From Candidatus Thermosaccharophagus tengchongensis (GTDB lineage: Bacteria; Armatimonadota; Fervidibacteria; Fervidibacterales; Thermosaccharophagaceae): a DNA stretch of 64,000 bases. The stretch lies in NCBI GenBank assembly GCA_032161105.1, contig JAVHTD010000016.1; one strand, given 5' to 3'. This document shows, in pieces, positions 48,245-57,000 of this stretch; position 1 is the first letter of the stretch, and each line of letters begins with the position of its first letter. The notes under the pieces are model-generated. The model made no database searches. It was not told the DNA's origin and was given only the letters and a program-made list of their open reading frames with translations. The position numbers and the translations under genes are program-made.

Positions 48245-48385
48245 TCACAAATTCGCCAGCCGAAGAAGGCGCTCAACGAAGTAAGCTATGAGGTAGCTAT
48301 GTTCCAGCACGAACAGCACTGTGATGGCGCAAATCCAAAGCGCACTAACAATGCATCGCAACATCTCCAACGAATTGGAGCGCAT
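48245..48385 (-). CDS. Candidate 46-aa single-TM micro-protein between feoB and the GT-C gene
   Basis: The reverse complement reads ATG CGC TCC ... = MRSNSLEMLRCIVSALWICAITVLFVLEHSYLIAYFVERLLRLANL*. Its TGA lies 12 nt upstream of the next gene's ATG (48232). The SD is weak and there is no homology evidence. Confidence 0.3.
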   Translation of the reverse strand: MRSNSLEMLRCIVSALWICAITVLFVLEHSYLIAYFVERLLRLANL

Positions 48386-48447
48386 GTCTCATCCCATCCA
48401 GATGCCCATTTCTGGCAAATCGTTGATCCTACAAACGGCACATCGCC

Positions 48448-50424
48448 TCAATATGTTAGCCATACCCCAACACGGTAGATTAGTGCAGCAACAGCAGTTG
48501 CAATTGCGAGCGGGTAGACGATGGCGAGTGCTGTCAGCTTTGGCGAGCGTGTTTCAAGCCATATTGCGGCTATGGTTGCAACGCACGGTATGTATAGCAT
48601 TTGGAAGGCGGTGAATGAGAAGGCTTGCAGCGGAGTCATAGCATTGCGCAAGCTCTCTATCAACCCCTTGCCAGTGCTTCCGAAGAGCACGCTCAGGACG
48701 GCGAGCGAATTCTCCTTCGCCAGAAACCCAGCAACGAGTGCGGCACATGAGCGCCAATCAAGCCCGATGAGCTTGCCAAATGGCTGAAGCAACGAACCGA
48801 GCTTGCCAAGATATGTCTCGCGCATTGTGGCACCGATGGGCAAATGCGAAAGTAACCAAACAAACACCGAGACCGACACGATGACAACTGAGGCGCGCTT
48901 TAAGAAAGCCACAACCCTGTGAAGCGTGAAGAGGGCGATGTTGCGCGCCGTAGGAGCGGAGTAAATTGGCAACTCCATCATGAGCGGCACCTGCTCACCT
49001 TTGATGGCGAACAACCTGAGAAGCATACCCGCAACGAATACCATTGATAGGCTGAGCATGTGCAACCCGAGCATTGCAGGCACCTGTAAGTGCCTCGGGA
49101 AGACAGCTGCAACAATGAATGCCATAACGCCGAGCCTCGCCGAGCACGGTATTAGCGGATTGAGGAGCACAACCAAAACCCTGTCCCTCTCACCCTCAAT
49201 TATTCGGCTGCCCATCACTCCAACGACATTGCATCCGTAAGCCAACACCAGTGGGAGGGCAGCCTTACCGTGCAAGCCGAGTATATGCATTAACCCGTCC
49301 ATAACAAAAGCCACACGCGCCATGTATCCACTATCCTCAAGGACGCTCACAAGGATGAAGAAAACGACCAACACCGGGATCAATGAGACCACAGCGCCGA
49401 ACCCGGATAGAGCGCCATCAATCAGCAAGCCGTTTGCAAAATCGCCAAATGGCAATCTTGTCCTCAGCCATTCACCGATCCGGGAGATCACCTCATCAAG
49501 CACTTTAACAAATGGTTCTGAGAGCCTGAATGTGAGCCAGAAGATGCACGCGAGCACGATGATGAATATGACCAACCCAATGATTGGGTGTGCAAGGACA
49601 TGATCAAGGTTGTCGGTGATCGTGATCGCTTCCCTTGCCGGCTTGCGCATGCTTTGCGCCAATGTTTCCCTTATCCACGCATACCTCGCATCGGCGATGA
49701 GCATTGGTGCCCGCTCATTCGCCCTCCGCAAGCTCTCAATCTGTTCCCACAGGTCGGCACTGAGCGATGATTTAACCAACCGCTCAACTTCGGCATCGCC
49801 CTCAAGCAGCTTCATCGCGAGCCAGCGCGGCGCATAACCTCCAAGATCATGTCCGCTCAAAAGCGCCTCAAGTCTGCTGAGCGCCCTTTCCAGACCACCA
49901 TATCGTATCGGCTTTGGACGGACATCCACATTACCGCTTGCAACATCAATGATGCGCTCAATCAACTCCTTAATGCCTTGAGCCCTCCTTGCGACCATCG
50001 GCACAACTGGCACCCCGATTTCTTCCTGCAACCTGTGGACATCAATCCTGTAGCCCTTCGCCTCCGCCAGATCCATCTTGTTAAGCGCTAAAATGGCTCT
50101 GTCGGTCAACTCCAGCACTTGAGCGAGCAAATAGAGGTTGCGTTCAATGCCGGATGCATCTGCTATCACAACGACGATGTCCGGATGCTCGTGAACTATG
50201 AACTCCCTCGCAATAAGCTCTTCAACCGAGCCAGCCGTTAAGCTGTATGCACCCGGAAGGTCAATCACATGGAGCACATGCTCGTTGAACTTACATATGC
50301 CCTCCTTCCGCTCAACCGTCTTACCGGGCCAATTCGCCACATGTTGGTGCATACCCGTGAGGATGTTGAAGATGGTGCTCTTTCCGACATTTGGGTTGCC
50401 GGCAAGCGCGACAAGGAGCTCCAT
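48448..50424 (-). CDS. feoB: Ferrous iron transporter FeoB
   Basis: G-domain VALAGNPNVGKSTIFNILTG and DLPG, then a polytopic C-terminal permease. The start is trimmed to ATG 50424, which follows GGGCGGTGA plus 4 nt and lies just after the feoA stop. Confidence 0.95.
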   Translation of the reverse strand: MELLVALAGNPNVGKSTIFNILTGMHQHVANWPGKTVERKEGICKFNEHVLHVIDLPGAYSLTAGSVEELIAREFIVHEHPDIVVVIADASGIERNLYLLAQVLELTDRAILALNKMDLAEAKGYRIDVHRLQEEIGVPVVPMVARRAQGIKELIERIIDVASGNVDVRPKPIRYGGLERALSRLEALLSGHDLGGYAPRWLAMKLLEGDAEVERLVKSSLSADLWEQIESLRRANERAPMLIADARYAWIRETLAQSMRKPAREAITITDNLDHVLAHPIIGLVIFIIVLACIFWLTFRLSEPFVKVLDEVISRIGEWLRTRLPFGDFANGLLIDGALSGFGAVVSLIPVLVVFFILVSVLEDSGYMARVAFVMDGLMHILGLHGKAALPLVLAYGCNVVGVMGSRIIEGERDRVLVVLLNPLIPCSARLGVMAFIVAAVFPRHLQVPAMLGLHMLSLSMVFVAGMLLRLFAIKGEQVPLMMELPIYSAPTARNIALFTLHRVVAFLKRASVVIVSVSVFVWLLSHLPIGATMRETYLGKLGSLLQPFGKLIGLDWRSCAALVAGFLAKENSLAVLSVLFGSTGKGLIESLRNAMTPLQAFSFTAFQMLYIPCVATIAAIWLETRSPKLTALAIVYPLAIATAVAALIYRVGVWLTY

Positions 50425-50437
50425 TGAATCACCGCCC

Positions 50438-50707
50438 TTAAAGCGCATCTGGAGCTCTAACTCTGACGAGTATCCTTCCCGCCATACCTCTGCCGATGGC
50501 AACCCTTACACCCCTCACACTGACCAACACGGGACCAATGGGGGCATTTTGGATCACGGAGATCTCCGCACCCACCGTCACACCCAAGCTGCTCAAGCGC
50601 GCCAACATCCCTCTGCCACCGCATATTGTCTCAACGATGCCGCTTTCACCGGGTGAAAGGTCGCTCAGCGGAATTACCCTTTGACATCCCGGCTTCTCGC
50701 TTTTCAT
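50438..50707 (-). CDS. feoA: FeoA (SH3-like ferrous iron transport accessory protein)
   Basis: LSDLSPGESGIVETI ... RLSSLGVTVGAEISVIQNAPIGPVLVSVRGVRVAIGRGMA. Confidence 0.9.
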   Translation of the reverse strand: MKSEKPGCQRVIPLSDLSPGESGIVETICGGRGMLARLSSLGVTVGAEISVIQNAPIGPVLVSVRGVRVAIGRGMAGRILVRVRAPDAL

Positions 50708-50763
50708 GTCGCATCACCGAGTTTGAAGGTTCCACCCGATTCGCAATTGCCATCGCGCCACAA

Positions 50764-50784
50764 TTTTGAGACTTTGTCTCAAAA
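50764..50784. promoter_or_regulatory. 21-bp perfect palindrome upstream of feoAB; candidate metalloregulator operator
   Basis: TTTTGAGAC ttt GTCTCAAAA, with 9-bp arms. It lies 57 bp upstream of the feoA ATG and just downstream (on the feoA strand) of an AT-rich CATAATAA block that could be a -10 element. Confidence 0.4.
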
Positions 50785-51139
50785 CGCAATTGTTATTATG
50801 ACGCGCTGCACAGCAGCTGTTGAGATGCGCCCAAAGGGATTGCACAAGCATCTCCCCCGCACACGGTCATCAATTCGCCATCGGGCTTCGCTCCAAACCA
50901 CGAATTGAAAGCATAACATGTTGAGGGTTGCTGAAGCTTAACTGGCGGCACAAGCGAGTTGCAACTTAAGCCGTTAAGGTGTGCGCGATAATTTGGTGTC
51001 GGAAAGTTGCTTGCCAAGTGCATTGAAAGCGACCTGCAGAAGTTACAATGTGGACGAGTGCCAAATCGGCACCTGTCATGTCAGATGGTGTATGGTGCAC
51101 CGTCGGGATGAGTCTTACCGCTTCGTGGAGGGGAAAGAA

Positions 51140-52198
51140 ATGACGCCGAGGGAAAGAGTCTGGCGGGCAATACATCGTCAGTATCCGGACAAGGTCCCAA
51201 AGGAAGCTGGCTTCACGCCAGCGGCGTATGAGCGCTTCAAAAGGGAGACTGGTTGCGATGACCCAGCAGAATACTTCGGCTTTGAGACAAGGGGTGTTGA
51301 TTTCAAACCGCTGAATGAAGAGGACAAACCGGACTTTACACCATACTTGGAGCGCATGCCCGATGGCACGAGGGTCGTGAGCGAGTATGGTCACATGCAG
51401 ATTCCGGGGAGCTTTTACCACTTCGCCAGATATGTGTTCCCACTGGCTCACGCCGAAACTGTTGCAGAGATTGAGCGCTTCCCACGACCTGATGTCACAT
51501 TGCCATACAGGCATGAGCATCTTGAAGCCGATGTCAAGCGCCTACATGATGCCGGTTACTTTGTGAGTGGCTTTGCCGGGCACATCTTTGAGAATGCATG
51601 GCAGCTCATCGGTTTGGAGAAAATGTTCATTGACATGCTTTTCAATCCGGCACTCGTTGAAGCGCTGCTTGAAAGGTTTACGGAGGATGCATGTTTCCGT
51701 GCGAGGCGATATGCAGAAGCTGGTGTTGATATGCTTCGCACTGGCGACGATGTGGGCATGCAAGACCGCATGATGATGGATCCCGACATATGGAGGCGCT
51801 TCCTGAAGCCTCGCTTAAAACGGGTCATTGAAGCCGCAAGGGCTGTCAAGCCGGATTTACCAGTGTGGTATCACAGCGATGGATACATCATGCCCATCGT
51901 TGAGGACTTGATTGAGGTTGGTGTGACAGTCCTCAACCCAGTCCAACCTGAGTGCATGGATGTGCACGAGGTAAAAAGGAGGTATGGCGACAGGCTTGCC
52001 TTCTGGGGCACTATAGGGACGCAATCGGTTTTGCCATTTGGCAGTCCAGAAGATGTTAAGCGGGAGGTCAAGAGGATGATAGAGCTTTTTGCTCCCGGTA
52101 TCGTGATAGCACCGACTCATGTGATAGAACCGGATGTGCCTTGGGAAAACATCGTAGCGCTGTTTGAGGCAGTTGAAGAATACGGAAGATTTGAGTGA
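51140..52198 (+). CDS. Uroporphyrinogen-decarboxylase (URO-D) fold family protein, second copy
   Basis: MTPRERVWRAIHRQYPDKVP N-terminus. The C-terminal ...LNPVQPECMDVHEVKRRYGDRLAFWGTIGTQSVLPFGSPEDVKREV is typical of URO-D/MtaA-like proteins. ATG 51140 follows GGAGGGGA. Confidence 0.8.
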   Translation: MTPRERVWRAIHRQYPDKVPKEAGFTPAAYERFKRETGCDDPAEYFGFETRGVDFKPLNEEDKPDFTPYLERMPDGTRVVSEYGHMQIPGSFYHFARYVFPLAHAETVAEIERFPRPDVTLPYRHEHLEADVKRLHDAGYFVSGFAGHIFENAWQLIGLEKMFIDMLFNPALVEALLERFTEDACFRARRYAEAGVDMLRTGDDVGMQDRMMMDPDIWRRFLKPRLKRVIEAARAVKPDLPVWYHSDGYIMPIVEDLIEVGVTVLNPVQPECMDVHEVKRRYGDRLAFWGTIGTQSVLPFGSPEDVKREVKRMIELFAPGIVIAPTHVIEPDVPWENIVALFEAVEEYGRFE

Positions 52199-52207
52199 GC
52201 AGTTGCC

Positions 52208-53566
52208 CTAAGCTTTTTCAACGCCGGCTTTTGCCAACGCCTCAACTTCGGCAATCGCATCTTCAAGTATGTCCAGACCCCTCTCCGCAATTTCCCAAGT
52301 GATAACAAGTGGCGGCGCAATCCGTATCACATTACCAAACAGCCCTATCGGGGCGATCAACAGCAAGCCCTTCTCAAAAGCTCTCCGAATAATGAGCTTC
52401 GTCAAATCGGGCGCTGGCTCCTTGCTCACCTTGTCCCTGACCACCTCAACAGCAATTGCAAGACCAAGCCCCCTCGCCTCACCCACGATCTCATGCTCCA
52501 TTTCAATCTTCTTCAACCGCTCAAGCATCTTTGAGCCAACCAGCGCTGCGTTTTCACAAAGCCCCTCTCGCTCAATTATCTCAATTGATGCGAGCGCAGC
52601 AGCACACGATAGCGGGTTTCCACCATTGGTGCTTGACATGCTCCCCGGCTCAAGTATGTCCATTATGCGCGATTCGCCAACGAGTGCGGAGCACGGCACA
52701 CCGCAGGAGATGCCCTTACCAAGGCAAAGCAAGTTTGGCGTTATGCCATAATGCTCAAAGCCGAACATCTTGCCGGTGCGCCCGAATGAGGCTTGCACCT
52801 CATCAACTATGAGCAGCAGATCCCTCTCTCTGCACCAAGCTTCAAGACGCTGCATCCATTCAATCGGTGGTATGATTGAGCCAGCAGCCCCTTGATATGT
52901 CTCAACAATCACAGCCGCCACATCGCCCGTTGTCTCCGTCTCAACAAGCCAGTCAAGGTATGAAAGGCAATGGCAATTGCACTGCGGGTAAGTCTTGTCA
53001 AACACGCACCTATAGCAGTAGCAGAACGGCGCAAAGTGAATGCCGGGGAGCATTGGACCAAACTTCCTTTTGACGCCCATCTTCCCGCCAACGCTCATGC
53101 ATGCGTAAGTGCGCCCATGAAATGCACCGTGAAATGAAATTATCTCGTGCCTGCCGGTGTAGCGTCTTGCGACCTTTATCGCCGCTTCAATTGCTTCGCT
53201 TCCGGTGGTCAGAATGAAAGCCCTGTCAAGGTTTGGAGGCGTTAGCTCCACGAGCTTCTTTGCAAGCATTATTCTCGGCACATTGGCGAAGTCATAGCAG
53301 TTGAGCAACTTGCCAGCTTGTTCCCTTATTGCGGCGACATGGTCAGGATGACAATGCCCAACATTCATCACGAGGACTCCGGAAGTGAAGTCAATGAACC
53401 TATTGCCATCTACATCCTCAACGATAGCTCCCTCTGCCCTTTCCCAAACTACGGGAACCTGCTCGGATAGAGAACGGCTCTCGTAGCGCCTTGACAGCTC
53501 AAGATACTGGCGGGACTTCGGTCCGGGAAGCTCGGTGACAATGCGCGGCACATCCATCCATATCAC
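52208..53566 (-). CDS. Class-III PLP-dependent aminotransferase (GabT/ArgD-like)
   Basis: GSEAIEAAIKVAR, LIVDEVQASFGRTGKMF and about 450 aa. Substrate is not assignable from the sequence alone. Confidence 0.88.
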   Translation of the reverse strand: MIWMDVPRIVTELPGPKSRQYLELSRRYESRSLSEQVPVVWERAEGAIVEDVDGNRFIDFTSGVLVMNVGHCHPDHVAAIREQAGKLLNCYDFANVPRIMLAKKLVELTPPNLDRAFILTTGSEAIEAAIKVARRYTGRHEIISFHGAFHGRTYACMSVGGKMGVKRKFGPMLPGIHFAPFCYCYRCVFDKTYPQCNCHCLSYLDWLVETETTGDVAAVIVETYQGAAGSIIPPIEWMQRLEAWCRERDLLLIVDEVQASFGRTGKMFGFEHYGITPNLLCLGKGISCGVPCSALVGESRIMDILEPGSMSSTNGGNPLSCAAALASIEIIEREGLCENAALVGSKMLERLKKIEMEHEIVGEARGLGLAIAVEVVRDKVSKEPAPDLTKLIIRRAFEKGLLLIAPIGLFGNVIRIAPPLVITWEIAERGLDILEDAIAEVEALAKAGVEKA

Positions 53567-53694
53567 CCCCGTGAACGCCCGCTCATACCGCCCAATTGGT
53601 GTCCGTCAACCTATGGCATCGCCGCTTTGGCAGGATTGGACACGATAGCTGAGAGCTGCACGAAAGGCATCAAGTGCAAGGCTTGCTGCAAGTA

Positions 53695-54858
53695 TCATTC
53701 AGCCAGCCTCTTCGCCCTCCACTCACCCTTAGCCTCCCACGCCTCGCATCTCACTTCGCCAATCATCTCCTTGCCCTCAACGAACCCAGTGAAGGTCAAT
53801 TCCCTCTCGCCCTTTTGGGTGTGCAGTTTGACCGAGAAGCGCACGCATGCGCCCCAAACATACGAATCCCAAATCGCCGTCTCAACTCCATCAGACACAA
53901 GCGTCAATGTCGGTATGCCGCGCTCATCGCGCCCGATGGTCAGCTGCCCCGTCAAGTCACCATCCGGCGTCTTTGCCGCCCATGTCCATCTCCCGACAAT
54001 GTCAACTCGCGTGCGCCGCGCATTCCAACTGAGCGATGCACCGTCAATGGTCTGCGTTCCGTTAATTGTGTCACCGCTCACCTTACCATTGAATGCCATC
54101 TTGACCTCTTTCCCACCAACAGAAGCCGTAGCTGAGAATGAGACTTCGTTTCCGGTTACCTTGCCATCAGATATCTCGCATGCGGTTTCACCGATGCTCA
54201 ATGTCCCGCTCAACTTCTGGAACTCCTGTTTCAACCTGAGCGTGCACTCAAGCGATTTGTCATTGATGACCGTCTTCCAACGCCATACGCCAGCTACGCC
54301 GGCTGGGACTACCCAGTAATAAAGCGTGCGTTGGTAATCAACATTCACATGCACAACTTTGTCCGCTTCCCAGTCGCCCATTGAATAGTTGTGGGAGACA
54401 ATCCTCACGCCCGGCTTAAGCTCCCTCAAAAGCTTTGGGCGCAACTTTAGCATCGCTGATGGGAGCACATAGAGTGTGACGACTGTGGCATCTCTCACAT
54501 CGCTCTTCATCGCGTCCTCGGCTATGAAATGCACCTTATCTGAGACGCCCTCCCTCTTTGCACTCTCCTTGCACTTCTCTATCAAGCCCGCATCAATGTC
54601 AATGCCGACTCCCCTCGCCCCGAACTTCTTTGCAGCCATGATGACTATCCTTCCATCACCGCAGCCGAGGTCGTAAACGACATCGTCCTTTGTCACATTG
54701 GCGAGCTTGAGCATTTCCTCAACCACCGGCATCGGCGTTGGAACGAACGGACCAAACGACACCTCAGGTTGAGCTGCACTGCAGCGCCCGTGGGAGAGAA
54801 GCACGAAAATTGAGAGGGACATACCGAGCAGCGTTGCCATCACTACGCTGCGCCTCAT
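53695..54858 (-). CDS. Signal-peptide-bearing class I SAM-dependent methyltransferase fused to a duplicated beta-rich C-terminal module
   Basis: ATG 54858 follows AAGGGGTGG plus 6 nt. Signal-like MRRSVVMATLLGMSLSIFVLLSHGRCSAA. SAM motif I VVYDLGCGDGRIV. The C-terminus has two ~100-aa repeats, each opening G(V/R)W(R/T)W and closing W.A(R/K)R. Confidence 0.8.
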   Translation of the reverse strand: MRRSVVMATLLGMSLSIFVLLSHGRCSAAQPEVSFGPFVPTPMPVVEEMLKLANVTKDDVVYDLGCGDGRIVIMAAKKFGARGVGIDIDAGLIEKCKESAKREGVSDKVHFIAEDAMKSDVRDATVVTLYVLPSAMLKLRPKLLRELKPGVRIVSHNYSMGDWEADKVVHVNVDYQRTLYYWVVPAGVAGVWRWKTVINDKSLECTLRLKQEFQKLSGTLSIGETACEISDGKVTGNEVSFSATASVGGKEVKMAFNGKVSGDTINGTQTIDGASLSWNARRTRVDIVGRWTWAAKTPDGDLTGQLTIGRDERGIPTLTLVSDGVETAIWDSYVWGACVRFSVKLHTQKGERELTFTGFVEGKEMIGEVRCEAWEAKGEWRAKRLAE

Positions 54859-54901
54859 CTCACACCACCCCTTTTGGTTGAAGTTGCAAAGCATATGCCG
54901 A

Positions 54902-56272
54902 TCAAGTTTGGCGTCTCTCCGCCATTGAAGTCACAAAGTAGAATGGCACGGAGAGCAGCAACACGCCAACGCCAATAAGGGCATACAGCCGCCCGAACCG
55001 GAGCGTGTATGCGAGGCTTGAATACAGCATATAGGTGCACATCCCGCAGAAGAGGAGCAGCGTTAGCGGGAGCAATGGCACTTTGAATGGGCGCACAACA
55101 TCCCTATCCCTATAGCGCAGCACTATGATTGACAGACCAGTTAGGAGCATGAAGAGCCAAAAGACGGGCGCAGTATATTCAACCATGTTTTCAAAGCCGC
55201 GCCTATAGCCCTCACCAAAACACGAAAGCAGGATCAGCGCAAGGCAAATTGCCCCTTGAGCTATGAGGGCATTTGATGGTGTTGAGAAACGGCTGTGCCA
55301 TGTCCCAAGCCAGCGCAACCCGAGGTAGTCACTCCCGAGGGCATAGATGCTCCTTGCGCCGGTGAATATCGTCCCATTTGTTGCGCCGAGCGCCGATATA
55401 GCTACAAACGCACTCACGAAGCGCCCGCCAACTTCACCAAGCGCACTTGATACGGCATCGGATGCGACGATGGCGCTATCTCGCATCCTCTCAAATGAAA
55501 GCAACCTCAGGTAGGCAATGTTGACGAGCACATAAATGGCGGTGAGCGTGAGCATGCTCGCCACTATAGCCCTGACCATGTTCCTGTGCGCATCTTTCAA
55601 CTCGCCGGCGACAAAAGCAACTTCATTCCAACCACCGTAGGTGTAAAGCACAAAGACCATCGCAAGCCCGAATGCAGCCCAATTGAACCTGCCAAGCCCT
55701 GCTGAGCCCTCACCGGGAGCTGCAGGCAAGCTGCGGCTTGGGAAGAACAAACCCAATGCGACTATGCTCAGCAACGCCAGCACCTTTGCTGTCGTGAGGA
55801 CATTCTGAGTCCACTTGCCCTGTTGCACTCCGATGACATTTATTGCCGTGAGCACGAGCGTTATCAGGGCTGCGTAAATCGTTGATGAGAATTTTCCAAG
55901 GCTGATCAGGTTGCTCATGTAATCTCCGAACGCGTATGCGAGCGCGACTATTGAGCCAGTCTGTATCACGCTCAGCCTCGCCCAAACAAAAGCGAATCCG
56001 ACAAACCTTCCGTATGCCCGTTTCAAGTAGATGTAATCTCCGCCGGCATACGGATATGTGCTGGCAAGCTCAGCATAGCAAAGTGAACCCGCTATGCAGA
56101 GCAAGCCACCAATCAGCCAAGCAAGCAACATCCATGAAGCGTTTGGTGTATTCTTGGCGATCTCACCCGGCGACCTGAATATGCCGACGCCAATGACTAT
56201 CCCGACAACGATGCACACAACATCAAACACATTCAAGACGCGCCTCGGCGCTGAAACCAAATCTTCGCCCAC
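54902..56272 (-). CDS. APC-superfamily amino acid permease
   Basis: About 12 TM segments by eye. N-terminal VVCIVVGIVIGVGIF, then GGLLCIAGSLCYAELAS. GTG 56272 follows GGGGGGTGA plus 5 nt. The ORF-track start is GTG 56281. Confidence 0.88.
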   Translation of the reverse strand: MGEDLVSAPRRVLNVFDVVCIVVGIVIGVGIFRSPGEIAKNTPNASWMLLAWLIGGLLCIAGSLCYAELASTYPYAGGDYIYLKRAYGRFVGFAFVWARLSVIQTGSIVALAYAFGDYMSNLISLGKFSSTIYAALITLVLTAINVIGVQQGKWTQNVLTTAKVLALLSIVALGLFFPSRSLPAAPGEGSAGLGRFNWAAFGLAMVFVLYTYGGWNEVAFVAGELKDAHRNMVRAIVASMLTLTAIYVLVNIAYLRLLSFERMRDSAIVASDAVSSALGEVGGRFVSAFVAISALGATNGTIFTGARSIYALGSDYLGLRWLGTWHSRFSTPSNALIAQGAICLALILLSCFGEGYRRGFENMVEYTAPVFWLFMLLTGLSIIVLRYRDRDVVRPFKVPLLPLTLLLFCGMCTYMLYSSLAYTLRFGRLYALIGVGVLLLSVPFYFVTSMAERRQT

Positions 56273-56481
56273 CTCACTCACCCCCCGAATGGAAGAGAAG
56301 CTAACACCTCAACACAAGTCGCAAACTCATTTTGGCGCATTCACGCGACATGCACTTACAAGGTGCATTACAATCCAGTTGCAGCATGATGCTTATAACA
56401 TTTCCCGTGCGCCGCCAACCACAAAATGCGACCGAAAAAAAATGGGGACAGTTTCACACGCCGTGAGAGGAGTGGTAAACG

Positions 56482-57000
56482 ATGACCTACGAGATGTTTC
56501 GTTCCATCGTAGTGGCAAATGGTGCGGAGATAATGATGGCTCTCGCTCTTGTGTGTCTCATTGAGCTTGCTGCAGTAGTCATACTCTCAAGGAGACTGCG
56601 CAGCCTGAACGGGCTGCTTGATAGGCTCACATCTGGGATTGAGCCGCCAAGCTTTAGTGAAGCCATCGCAAGGCTGTTTGAAAGCATTGAGCGCATAAGC
56701 GGCGATGTGCGCTCGTTGCAGCGCTCAGTTGATGAGCTGTCCGAAAAGCAGCGCCGCTGTTTGCAGCACATCGGCATCGTGCGCTTTGATGCATTCCAAG
56801 ATGTAGGTGGGCAGCAAAGCTTCTCGCTCGCCGTCCTTGATGGCTTGGGCAACGGCGCTGTCATAACATCGCTCTTTGGGAGGCATGAAAGCAGATGCTT
56901 CGCCAAGCCAATAATCGGAGGCAAGTCCTCGTTTCGCCTTACGGAGGAGGAATTGGAAGCGATGCGCTTGGCTGTCTCGTCAAATAAAACGGATGGGTGA
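56482..57000 (+). CDS. DUF4446 family protein
   Basis: An N-terminal TM helix, then IGIVRFDAFQDVGGQQSFSLAVLDGLGNGAVITSLFGRHESRCFAKPI. Confidence 0.75.
   Translation: MTYEMFRSIVVANGAEIMMALALVCLIELAAVVILSRRLRSLNGLLDRLTSGIEPPSFSEAIARLFESIERISGDVRSLQRSVDELSEKQRRCLQHIGIVRFDAFQDVGGQQSFSLAVLDGLGNGAVITSLFGRHESRCFAKPIIGGKSSFRLTEEELEAMRLAVSSNKTDG

Noticed and set aside
53627-54319. A 230-aa plus-strand ORF.
   Set aside because: It is entirely antisense to the well-supported methyltransferase gene. Its composition is Ser/Pro/Leu/Thr-rich and low-complexity, typical of a shadow ORF. It has no SD.
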